A DNA stretch of 64,000 bases from Phoronis australis (taxonomy: Eukaryota > Animalia > Phoronida), in the NCBI GenBank assembly GCA_002633005.1, contig NMRA01000531.1:1-64000 (forward strand), written 5' to 3'. The translations under genes were made by a program, and so were the position numbers. Shown here in pieces: positions 25,285 through 36,600 of this stretch (its first letter is position 1; each line of letters begins with the position of its first letter). Under the pieces are notes generated by a model that worked only from the letters and a program-made list of their open reading frames with translations, did no database searches and was not told the origin of the DNA.

Positions 25285-26034
25285 ATAATCAGCCAAATGA
25301 GCCCCAGCGCGGACTTGAACTTGTAAACTCCGCGTTCACAGTCTAACGCTATGCTCACCCCGGCCAACCCGCGATCGAGAACGACCGGAAAGCGATCGAG
25401 AACGAAACCGGTTGCGAGAATTAGCGAAGCCAGGCAAGGTGAGTAAATTTGATGAATTTACGTTCTTTTTACTTCCAATGTGAAAACAGAGACATGAGTT
25501 CAAGGCGTAACACATTGAGGAAGGACAGGTAGAGGTTTGGGCTGGTGTCTGTTCCAATTATTGGAGATACGTTACGTTGAACGAGGCATCGCTTGAGTCA
25601 AAGGTGATTCGTATGTCATTTTGGAAAATTGCGGTTATTTTTGGCACTAAATCAATAAATTGACCATTAAGTTATGACGAAGTGACTTGTGAAAATATAA
25701 CACAACGCTTGTTTTTCGTAGTTTTCTTTTGAAAGATGCGATCGAGAACGCAAAGATAAGCGATCGGAAACGCAAATTTTTGTTTGTTTATGCGATCGAG
25801 AACGCATCGTGGTGTGCCGATCAGTTTTGAACTTTTTACTTATAAAACGTGAAAAGGGTTACAAAATAAGTGTGGTGCAATGAATTAATCACATTTTGAG
25901 TCATTACTGTTACTTTCGTTTCCAAACTAAACAATATCATAGCATTACCATTAAATTAAAATGAGCGACTACATGTACATCAAGCCCTATTTTAATTATA
26001 GATATTTTCACAAATGAATTTATTTTCATTTCAG

Positions 26035-26668
26035 GAAACACGTTCACTGTTATAATCGTGAGGCGAGCTTCAACGAACAGATTAATCAGGGCGTGAAAGT
26101 ACATCCTACAAGGGTTTTGAAATACAGACATAAACTTTTAGACGAAACCAAGTGGAACAAGGGATTCTAAACTAAGNGGGGGGGGGGGGGTGCCAAGGGG
26201 GCCATGCCCCCCAAAATTCTCCCAAATACCATTTGGCAGTCCGGGGTGCGAATTGCCGACTAGCATATGCACGCACCCAAGTGGGCGCGAGGGGTTAATG
26301 CGCGATTCATAGGCCTTGAACAAACCCCGTGTACCTTTTTTAGTAATAAGGTCCACAAACCCAAAAATTCGAGGAAAGTGCATCCCTACATTTTAGGCTG
26401 GGCGCGCGCATGTGGCAAAATTCTGACTATTCCTGCGCCCTGCCCCTCCCCCTAACTCAAAATCCTGGATCGGCCCCTGGAAAGCGAGTGCCGAATCTTC
26501 TTGCAAGATTGTGACAACAAAAGAAAAAAAATAAATACGCCAGTGAAATTAAAGAATGATGATGAGCGTGCCTGTGGGGAGCGAGAAGAGTGCGGCAACA
26601 CCATTCGTGAGGTGATTCGAAGATTACCGCTCATGAACGTCTGGGATTTAAAAAAATGCCAGAAATAG
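26035..26668 (+). pseudogene. Decayed transposon ORF exon with Chapa/RAG1-N-terminal-like motif remnants
   Basis: After the acceptor TTTCATTTCAG the frame reads KHVHCYNREASFNEQINQGVKVHPTRVLKYRHKLLDETKW, then a MITE, then KASAESSCKI and, after a 1-nt frameshift, CDNKRKKINTPVK. This resembles HPxxxCxxC...W...CxxC plus a basic patch, but several Cys/His residues are missing. Confidence 0.4.
26158..26479. mobile_element. Small GC-rich MITE inserted in the Transib-like element
   Basis: Right end AAAATCCTGGATCGGCCCCTG, G/C runs, flanking GAA/GAA. Removing it restores the reading frame of the host exon. Confidence 0.55.
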
Positions 26669-27549
26669 TGCTAACTGTTTTGCTGATAAAACGGGTGATA
26701 TTTTATTGGATGTTTTACTGATATTATCGATACAGAGATGAAAAGATTGACTTGTGGCACTTGTGCGGCTTGGATATACAACATATGTTTGATTCTTTTG
26801 TTTTGTAGTATTGGCCCTGAGTGCATCTTCTGCAGTTCATGATCTCCAGTTTAACGTGACATTGAAAAAGAATGAGGCGAGATATAATACACCTACTATA
26901 CTGTGATTTTCTCAAAAACGTAGTTAAAATGTTGTCTTTAACATCACTTCAAGACACAATGCAGTGATTACACAGGAAATCAACAACAATATTAAAGCAT
27001 TTCTATAATATTATTAATCTTTTATCACACATACCACAAAATTGGTCATACGGAAAAAGATATTAAACATTGCTTTAGGGAAATCAACATAACACATCCA
27101 GTGTACATTTCCTGCGAATTATTTTTGGAGTGTATTAGACTAAATCATCACTGAATCATAGACAATCTATTTCGGACCGGTTCATAGTATAAAATTCTCT
27201 CACATGGAATCAACAACAATATGAAAACAGTTTCTACAGTTATGGCAGACATATAGTTTTCTTTTAAAATACTAATTGGTCATAACAATTGTATGTAAGA
27301 ATCACCCAATGACACATAGAGTGGCCATTAAAATGTACCCAAACACAACAAAAATGCACTGGTTCTGTTTAAGATGCTGCTGAAATAACACAAATAAGAA
27401 AAAGGTTCAAAACAAAACGTCAAAATACTATCACATCAGACAACTACTAACCATAAACTCTGAAAATCTGAATAAAGTTTCGTGATTTAACAACTTTCAC
27501 TAGTGGACTGAATAATTTTATTCATGGTGATTCTGATTCTCATGTCTGT

Positions 27550-27938
27550 AGAAGGAGGCATACTCTTTGCATGGCACATTCACAAATTACAACAAGGAGT
27601 GTCCTCAGGCTTACTCTTTCTGTGAAACATTGATCGCAGATAGGGCACTGAAACAACTTGGTTCCTGAGCACTATGCTTCATATTGTGTTTTCTTATGCG
27701 GTAAAAAAAAATCTTGCCCTGTGCAACACTGGGCTGGTAAAGGTCTTGCTTGCAGCTAGTGAGTGACACTGTGTTTTATTGTCATGTGGTTATACAAAAA
27801 AGGTTTCTTCCTGAACGAAGCTCCACAACATAAATACATACACAACCCTTTGTCAAATGCAGCAGTTGTGCTACCGGTACTATTTTTTGAAGGCGTATGT
27901 TAACACTCTGAAGGACTCCTCATGCGGCTACAGTTCAA
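27550..27938 (-). pseudogene. Decayed tandem C2H2 zinc-finger exon inside the Transib-like element
   Basis: After the acceptor TTTTTCAG one frame gives CMYLCCGASFRKKPFLYNHMTIKH and TKLFQCPICDQCFTERVSLRTLL, with in-frame stops. A remnant RKHNMKH lies between them in another frame. Confidence 0.7.
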
Positions 27939-29892
27939 CTGAAAAATCAAACGCATCTAATCATATTTGTGAGCCTAAATCTCACACAGAAATCATAAAA
28001 AACGGTGAAAGTATAACAAAAAATTGACCTGTCAACTAATTCATGGTCGTATTATTCTAAAATTACTGATATAACACCGTAACTTGAACAATTATTCAGG
28101 GAAATGCACAGAAAAAATGTGCGTTCACGATCGCCATGGAGAATTAACAGCTTCGTTCTCGATCGCCGTTTCACACAAGGACCTGCTTGTATCGGTAGAT
28201 AGCTCGAATTGTTTCACAAATTATAACTAACAAAGGTGTCACCAGGGACGATTTAACTATAAACGTCACACGTGTCCACTGAAGAACCCAGGAATTGCTA
28301 ATAACAAGTAGAAATTGACGAATTTACGAGACGCAAGTCATTTTAGGCCTACCGAAAGCCATTGCATTCTGCGGTCTCTATTTCAAAAAATAGCAAAAGC
28401 CAAGTATTATTTCAGATCCACAACAAAGGCTAAGCTCTGGCGCTTTTCTTTGTGTCGCATTGGTACCAAAGTAGCCTCTATTTAAGAAGAAAATGACACT
28501 TAAACTCACCGGGTACTTCAGTCTGACATTTTTGGTGTAAGGTCTCGTTCTCGATCGCGGGTTGGCCGGGGTGATGCTAGCCGAGTAAAACCTCACTTGT
28601 TCAATAGCAGAGTGTTTAACCGGTCTTGATTTCTGCGAATGTCTTTTGACAATTGCGAGAATTGGCGGTTAGTAATAAAATTACAAAACAACGGATTCTG
28701 TCGTTTTATAGCTCTGTTCCAAACTAAAAACTTCAGGCAAGAAGTCTGTCCCATCCAAAAACAATCCAAAAATGCGTTTGTCGGCCTAAACACGATAATG
28801 TCCCTCTCATTTATGGAGATCAAACGGATCTGTGGGGAAGCTGTCAAGGCAACCAGATGTATGCGTGGAGTGTCATTTATTTCCCATCTCCTGTGACTTT
28901 TCTGATCAAACTAGACTGGTAAACACCTTAAAAATGGTGATTTAAAAATTTGATATGGGATGCACGGCTGCGCCTGTTGGCAAAGCCATACTGGAATGGC
29001 TATTGCCGAGATGTTTAAAACGGAAAAAACTAAGTGAGTGGCCCCGCATTTTTTGCAAGCTTGTAATAGACAAATATTAAAATACAAAACATGGAAATCT
29101 AAAAAAACAGCAATAAATTAAAACTGTGTCGAACCCCTTAGCACGTCAAGTACATGACAAACAATCCCTTTGTCCATAAGCCGGCTGTACAAATAATCTC
29201 CACTAGAATCTTTCTTCATAAGAAATATTCCTAAAAATAACGCTGTTTGTAAGAAAAGCACTGTGGTTGGCGAGACAAATGTGACAACTGTTCATACGAA
29301 AAGAACTGCGATACAAGAGAACTACAGCTTGACAAAGGAAGGCGGCATGTAAGTAAAAAGTCCCTAAGTTCGTGACGGAGGAAGACTGGGGTAAGTGGTG
29401 TGTATTTACTAGGGCAAAGTACAAGTACCTCCCACTTGGAGGACAATCCCTCTGCAGGAATAGACAACATCGTTCAATAACAACCAGAAATTCCGACACT
29501 ATTTTATTTGCCAATTATTCACCAATATTCCACGTTGACACCACACGTGGGGAATTGCAACCTTGCCCGCAGGCATAAGGAAGTGGAACTTGCACGCTAT
29601 TTCCTTACCTCCGTGATTACTTGGTCAAATTAATTAGTAAGAAACGCAACATATAGCGACGATGTGAAAATGAGGTAGGTTGAAAATTGTCGAATGATTT
29701 TAAGAACAACTTTTGTGCTGAAAATGATCCACCGTAAATCACCCAGCCGTGTTCAGTGAGTACCGTGGCGTGGTGTTGGGGAATAACACTGCATTATGCG
29801 GGCTATGTGAGCCCCAAAGGTACATCAGTAGAGCAAAGGTCACCTACTTGCAGCATTTTTTGTTTTCACATTAACAAGTTGTCAATGAATAC

Positions 29893-30012
29893 CACAGGCG
29901 CTTGGATTTATCGCAAATGACGTCACTCAATAATATATATAAGAAAACATATGTTTTCTTATATATATATATTATTGAGTGACGTCATTTGCGATAAACC
30001 CAAGCGCCTGTG
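29893..30012. mobile_element. 120-bp fold-back MITE with an 8-bp TSD (P-element- or hAT-type ends)
   Basis: Near-perfect palindrome CACAGGCGCTTGG...CCAAGCGCCTGTG. Exact TSD ATGAATAC at 29885-29892 and 30013-30020. Confidence 0.88.
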
Positions 30013-33000
30013 ATGAATACAACTGCACTTTGTTTAGCGTAGCTGAAGTTCAAATAGCATTGTCGTTTAGTTCCTTCCATACATTAGCATAGTTAAGAGC
30101 ATGCAAATACATCTTTAAAACAACTCACCAGATAAATTATTGCACACAATTAAATACGAATAATGTTATATGTACAATGACCTGAAAAACCAATTAACAA
30201 ATAAAAATCCACTAATTACCAACTAACTTGTCCCACAAGGAACGCTAGAGTCGTTTAAAAGAGAAAAACAAAAAAATGATACATTGGTGTAGCAACTCCA
30301 GTGATGCGGGAGCATACTGGTGGAATAGTTGTCTGAACACATTGATTTATCCAAACACACCTTTGTCAAAATCAAAGTGCTTAATTGTCCCCGTGGTTAC
30401 CTGAACCGGAATTTATTTTTGGAAATTATGATGCAATTGTTGATTTTTGGGTCACAATCGCGTCGTAATAGAGGCAGATACGTTATCTCTAAATATCCAA
30501 ATTGCCATTATTGTGGTTTCAACATTTGCGATGTCATTTATACTATTCTGTATTTCAAACTCATCACGTTTACGTGACAGCTTGGCTGGCAGGGTTGTGT
30601 TGGCGTGCACTACGTACGTGCAATACAATCGTGATACACGTGCCTCGCACGTAATGCATGGCAATATCTCACCAGAAACTTGCTTACTACTACGGAACGC
30701 ACCCCAGATTTACATGACCATTCAAGGTTGCGTTGAGTAGGGTCAATATGTTGCCAGTGAGGCGAAATATCAGGTTAGAGAATGGTAACATCATTTCGCG
30801 AGTGAGCTTGAAAATTTACTAGCATACACACTCAGCCTGTAATATGAGGGGCTCGAATTTCCGACAACTTTTTGTGGACCTTTTACGAACAAAAAAGCGG
30901 GAGGACTAAAAAAAAGTTGCTATGAAGTTGTAGACCCTCTGGTCCACTTTAAGTTAGTAAATCTTCGTACATATGAATCATGATATGAATACTGCAAACA
31001 GTGCTTTAACCATTCTGAGTAACATTAATGCCTAGGAGGTTATCGAAAACTTAGATGACAGTGCAAGTGCCCGGTTGCATAAAACAGTCCCACATAGGGA
31101 CTCGACTAATTTCCCTAAATCGTCCGAGTATTTGTGGGCTTGCGAAAACACTGATTGTTCTTTCTTGTGCTGTCTGAGTCTCATTACTAAGTCAATTTTT
31201 GTCTTTGATACAAATCGAGGGTGAACTATATGTTGAATTGTCAATACTATTGACAATAAGTAGGGGTCTTCTCGTGCAACATCTCTAATTTAAAGACTAA
31301 GAACACAATTATTATGGCTCAATTAAAGGCTCAGTTTTTACTTACAATATTAGAAAATGTCACAAGTCAAAGAGGAGCTCATAATAAAGATATAATGATA
31401 GAAAAATATTACATCTCTGAGCAAAGAACGAAACAAATACTCAACATATTTAGGGACCTTAATTGAGTTCCTATTTGGGACTGTTTCATGCAATGGACTA
31501 CAGAATTCTTAAAATAATTACTCCAAATCGAAATTCTTTTTTGAAATTTTCTGTTTGGTTCTATTTTTGTACAAGTTCAAGATAATTGTCCCTGTTCAAG
31601 TTAGTTATGGTCAATACTGATGAGTGTTTAGTTGCACTTAATGACCATTAGATTCAAGAACAAACTCAAGTAAGATTCCCAGTAAAGACTAAGATTTTGA
31701 GTTCATGCTTGGGTTAACGCTAGGACCATCAAGTGCAAACCAGTATTCGTCAGTCATCCGCCTACACCATAGAGAATTGGGACACAATAACAGGAACTGA
31801 TCTTAAGTTTGAACAAAAGTAGATCCAAAAATGTCAAAATATATTGAGCACAAAGATTAGACTCCAGGTCTGACATATTTTCGCCACCTGAAGACCAGAA
31901 ACAAAATACTGATTTGTGTACTACCATTTGCCATGTTAGCAAAATGCACCCAACGATAGCCTGAAAAATTACATTACAGTTGAAAGAATGTCATTAAAGC
32001 AAACCAAATAAAAGAATACATAACACAGCTTGGAGTAGCCTCTGGCAAAAAGCGCGTTTGCTCAGTCTGACACAGTAAGGCAGATGTCAAGTCAGTTGAT
32101 AACCAGCAATGGGTTATATCTGGCAACATCAGCAAACAGCTACACCAACCTACACCAGTGTGAAATGTAGTACCAGTGTCCAGACCCCACTGTTAAAAGA
32201 CCTCAATATGGATCCCTCCCAACCAAGTTGGCCACTCACAGTGGATCTAATGCATGTACAAGAAGAAAGGCTGCCTGAGCAAGGCCCAGTATTGTTGCAA
32301 AAAAAAACAGTGAAATAACATTTTGAAATAAAAAATCAAAATGTCTAAATTGAAAATACTCAGATTGTAGGAACTGTTCACATGTTCGCCATCCCCTGTT
32401 TGTGTTTACAGGTTGAAATTAATATCAACTAAAAATGTTGTTTTACTGCAAACATCTTTCTAATTTTTATACTGCATTGATCATTTCTAGAATATAGTTT
32501 ATAAAAAAGAAATGATTGTGGGCGTAGATTTACTTTAAGTACCACAGTTTCATACTTATTGACGTCATCACCGTGTGTGGTTGACGAAAGAGTTAAGTCA
32601 ACATGTGGCTGGTTTGAATCCCAATAAATATTTCCTACCAAATCCATATCTCCCAGGAGAGATAACTCTATGGTTCATTAGTCGGTAGCTATCTGTGGTT
32701 CAGGCTTATAAATACCATTATTCAGAACTACAACAAGGTTGCTTGGTTATTTCTGTTAAAATGAAATTCCACACGAAATAGATACTATTCAGTAAAACAA
32801 TAACTTTGTCTTAATCATCAAATACTTCACTAAGCTGTCCAAGACAAGTAATTTCTTTCTCCTGGGGTCTTTTTCACAAAAAATTATTGAGACCAAAGAC
32901 AAATTTGGTCTTACGTACCCAATACACCATTGCCAAATAAAGGTTAAACCACTGACACAACACAATCGTGAAATAACTTACACAAAGTAACTCAGTCACT

Positions 33001-33353
33001 AGAAGTAATGAGAATATTCTCAGAGAAAGGGCATTGTTGCTAAAGTGAGATTTAACTATTTTTCAGAAATCACAGTGTGCAGCATAAGACTAAATTTATG
33101 ACTTTAAATCCACTCACTTTTTCAAGAAACAAACCCTTAATTGATGGATGATTAAAATCCAAGTACCATACAGAACAGAGTTTTTAGTATGCCCATGGCG
33201 CTTAAATTGGAAAATCCAAAAGGAAGCCCCCATTGTATAAACTGGAAGTGGGTATTAAAAGAGAAAATTTGGAATTTCTGGGCGTGGGCATTAAGGCAAA
33301 CACCAGCGTTAACCCAGATGAGTATGGTAACATCAAAACACATAGAGTCCAGT

Positions 33354-33632
33354 TCAGCTGTTAATCGGCACTAGAAAATCTGCCTCCACTATCTGTTCAA
33401 TGTAGTCTTTGGATGAGCTGAAGGATTCGCTTTGTGACCCTGTCCCAGTTGACCGGTGAAGAGTGTCCGTCCCTGACACTGACCTCGACATTGCACTATT
33501 AGGTGCATTCAGATGAGGAGCATCTACGATAGCATTGAAGAATGGCTGCAGCTCGTTGAGAGATGAGATCGTTGTCATGGTGATGAGAAGGGTGCTATGG
33601 GGCTTTGTGATCGGGTGGAAGTGAGTGCCATA
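33354..33632 (-). CDS. DOP1: DOP1 terminal coding exon (279 nt including stop)
   Basis: cag|[36 protein letters not shown]...[18 protein letters not shown]. Confidence 0.92.
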   Translation of the reverse strand, partial: YGTHFHPITKPHSTLLITMTTISSLNELQPFFNAIVDAPHLNAPNSAMSRSVSGTDTLHRSTGTGSQSESFSSSKDYIEQIVEADFLVPINS

Positions 33633-36600
33633 CTGAAATGTGGGAAGGAGACAAGAACTAGCAAGACTGCCACACCTTCGTAATGTTAATCAAAACAACA
33701 TATTCCATAAAGGGGATAAACCCTTAAGTATGAACCACAAAAAAGGAAGTACTGAAGATAAAAATAAATTTNGTCCCTGACACTGACCTCGACATTGCAC
33801 TATTAGGTGCATTCAGATGAGGAGCATCTACGATAGCATTGAAGAATGGCTGCAGCTCGTTGAGAGATGAGATCGTTGTCATGGTGATGAGAAGGGTGCT
33901 ATGGGGCTTTGTGATCGGGTGGAAGTGAGTGCCATACTGAAATGTGGGAAGGAGACAAGAACTAGCAAGACTGCCACACCTTCGTAATGTTAATCAAATC
34001 AACATATTCCATAAAGGGGATAAACCCTTAAGTATGAACCACAAAAAAGGAAGTACTGAAGATAAAAATAAATTTACGGTAAAATCTCATCTATTGAAGA
34101 CACAATGAGGCGGACTGGAAAACTGGAGCTTTATTCTCCATAGAATGTAAGTTTGTAACACCAAACAACTTATTCTTTATCACTTTAAGTTCTATGCTAT
34201 ACGAACTGGCAACAGTTTAGAGAAATTGAAGCCTTTGAAAAATCAACAAAATCTGAAATTGGAGAAATCTAACTGCAAGTGAAAACATCTTCAAGAAAAT
34301 CGCATGTATCACAACCTTACAGTGAGTATGAACCTGGCAACAAAGTAAATCTTTTACAACTCAATAGATGGCATCACTAGTTTAGAACATTGGTTTCAGT
34401 TTTTGTTCGATCTTTGATTAACATTACACTGAGTGAGTGAATTAATACATAAACTAGTCTTTGATTTAAGATGCTAAAGATTTAAATCACTGATCTTAAT
34501 CTTAATGTGTCATTATTAGCTTATTTCATGGGCCAGTATTTTGCTTCCTTCGTATATTCTTTATAGTATGTTTCATATTTTTATAACGAGATTTGCCAAA
34601 TAAATCTCTCTCCATCTATAACTCATGTTATCAGCTACAACGCAGACGTTTGTGAGTTCGTTTAACCCTGAAAGACATAAGAAACTATCATTCACACACT
34701 GATTCTGTGCTGCAAGGCACCAAATCTAGTTTGAGTGATTCATTGTTATGAGGCAGCTCAAGTCTGGAGTTGGTCTAAAGTGCTGCTTACAATCAGGTGA
34801 TACTCTTGACATAAACGTAACCTGTAAATAAAATTTGACAGGGCATGGAAATGGTACTGCGCTTGTCGCCCATTTTTGAGGGTGTGCAATATGTACTTGA
34901 CCCTATTCTTCAGTCACGTCAATTGCACATCTAAACAGAAAGTGGAGTCAAGACGGAAGCATTGGTCTCTTTGTGGCAGCCCAATAGACAGTACACAAAC
35001 ATATAGTCATAGCAACTATCCCATGTGATTTCCAGATTTTACTCAACAACTTTCAAACCGTGTAAAAGGTCACTGCCAGAGGACACCTTGTCACTTTGGC
35101 TGACATCTTGTCAATGTTAATGTCTGAACAGCACATACCTAATGCATTCAGAGCACAATTCCTCAACTCATTAATGAGTCGATTTACTAGTGGACAACAT
35201 TGCTTCTTAAACTGCTCAAGACTTGAGCTGTGTTCTGTAAACACAAAACACTGGCAAAACACTTGCAGTGAAAACTCTTCCCTTAGGGAATAAAAAACAT
35301 GAATTCTATCCCTTTATTCAGCGACAAATCACTTCAGTGAGTGGTATTCTACAATGGTAAGCTAGCAACATTATGAGTATAAAGTACAAGACAAAAGTGC
35401 TCAAACAAAATGCCATTCAACCGTTATGACGATGAATTCTGTGACTGTTAATAACTATCAGAGTTGCAAAATTCCACTTACAGAATGGCTAAGGCAGCTT
35501 CACACACCATTTCCAGCTCCCACTCACCTTGTTATTCATCATTTCAGCGATACGGACGCAGTGAGGCACAAATTTGGGGAGGTCACTCTTTGTACCCTGA
35601 TCTTTCCTGGTCTCACCGATGAAGGCCCATTTATACCTGAAACGATCCAGCAAAAACTTTTCTTTCTAACTCCCCAAATAATGTTTACTACAATCATTTC
35701 TCTTCTCTTTTACTGCCACCTATGAAGTTTTTCTCTTGGTTAACATCTGTCTCAACTATTTGCTAGAGAGGGACAATAATTTTACCAGAGTGTGTTATCA
35801 GTTCATTATAAATTAAACGAGAGCAACACAGAGCCTTTATATGTGCCAACTGTGTACATTGCACAGAGCAGACACAGGGGATGATCATTATTTTAAACAT
35901 AACCACTAATGAAAATAATGCTACTATATTTAAGTAGCCTCTAAGTAGTGAAAAGTAATACAGCAATGCACAAAATGATCTTTAGAGTGGTTTGGTCAAT
36001 AGATAGGCGGACGCCAAAAAACTGACTAGTGAGCACACACGTACATCTTGTGGAGCTGCAGAAACCTTTGGCTATATGTATGCTGAATGTACATTTGTTA
36101 ATAAGTAGCGGCATGACGTTCACCAACATAATTTAAACTTTGGCAAGGATGTGATATTGACTGCATATTTTGGATGTGATTTTGAACATGGAAATAGTAT
36201 ATCAACCATGTGTGACTACTTTATTTATCTGCATGCTAAGGACCAAACTGAACCCACCTTCACGGCATTTAAACATGATCTTAGTACATGTGCGCACCCT
36301 AATTGGCGAAGTGGGCAAAAACTCCGAAAAAAGTAGAAAACGAGACAAAAATCCAACACAGCAGGAACTACCAAAATTTGGCGAATGCACAATTCATAGG
36401 TCTGAACATACCCCATGAATCATTTTTTAGTGAAAGGTCCACATTCTCAAAAACTCAAGCCCCCATTTTTTAGGCTGAGTGAACGCCTGTTGTAACTACA
36501 TTGCCATAAGAAATAGTCCCCTTTTGAGAAATAAAAAACTGTAATACATTCTTTTGACAAACCCTAAACTAATATTTGAAGCAGCAGGAAAAAATTAAAT

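Larger units (their letters stand above)
25356..28573. mobile_element. 3.2-kb DNA transposon with CAC termini and a 5-bp TSD (Transib/RAG-like signature), non-autonomous
   Basis: Perfect 29-bp TIR CACCCCGGCCAACCCGCGATCGAGAACGA at both ends. Exact TSD ATGCT at 25351-25355 and 28574-28578. Subterminal GCGATCGAGAACG repeats near 25392, 25738 and 25792, inverted near 28155. Confidence 0.85.

Noticed and set aside
25356-25400. Canonical RSS (heptamer-spacer-nonamer) in the TIR
   Set aside because: Only the CAC trinucleotide matches. No ACAAAAACC-like nonamer lies at 12 or 23 bp spacing.
28593-29578. Overlapping 70-100-aa ORFs on both strands
   Set aside because: No recognisable domain or consistent splice structure.
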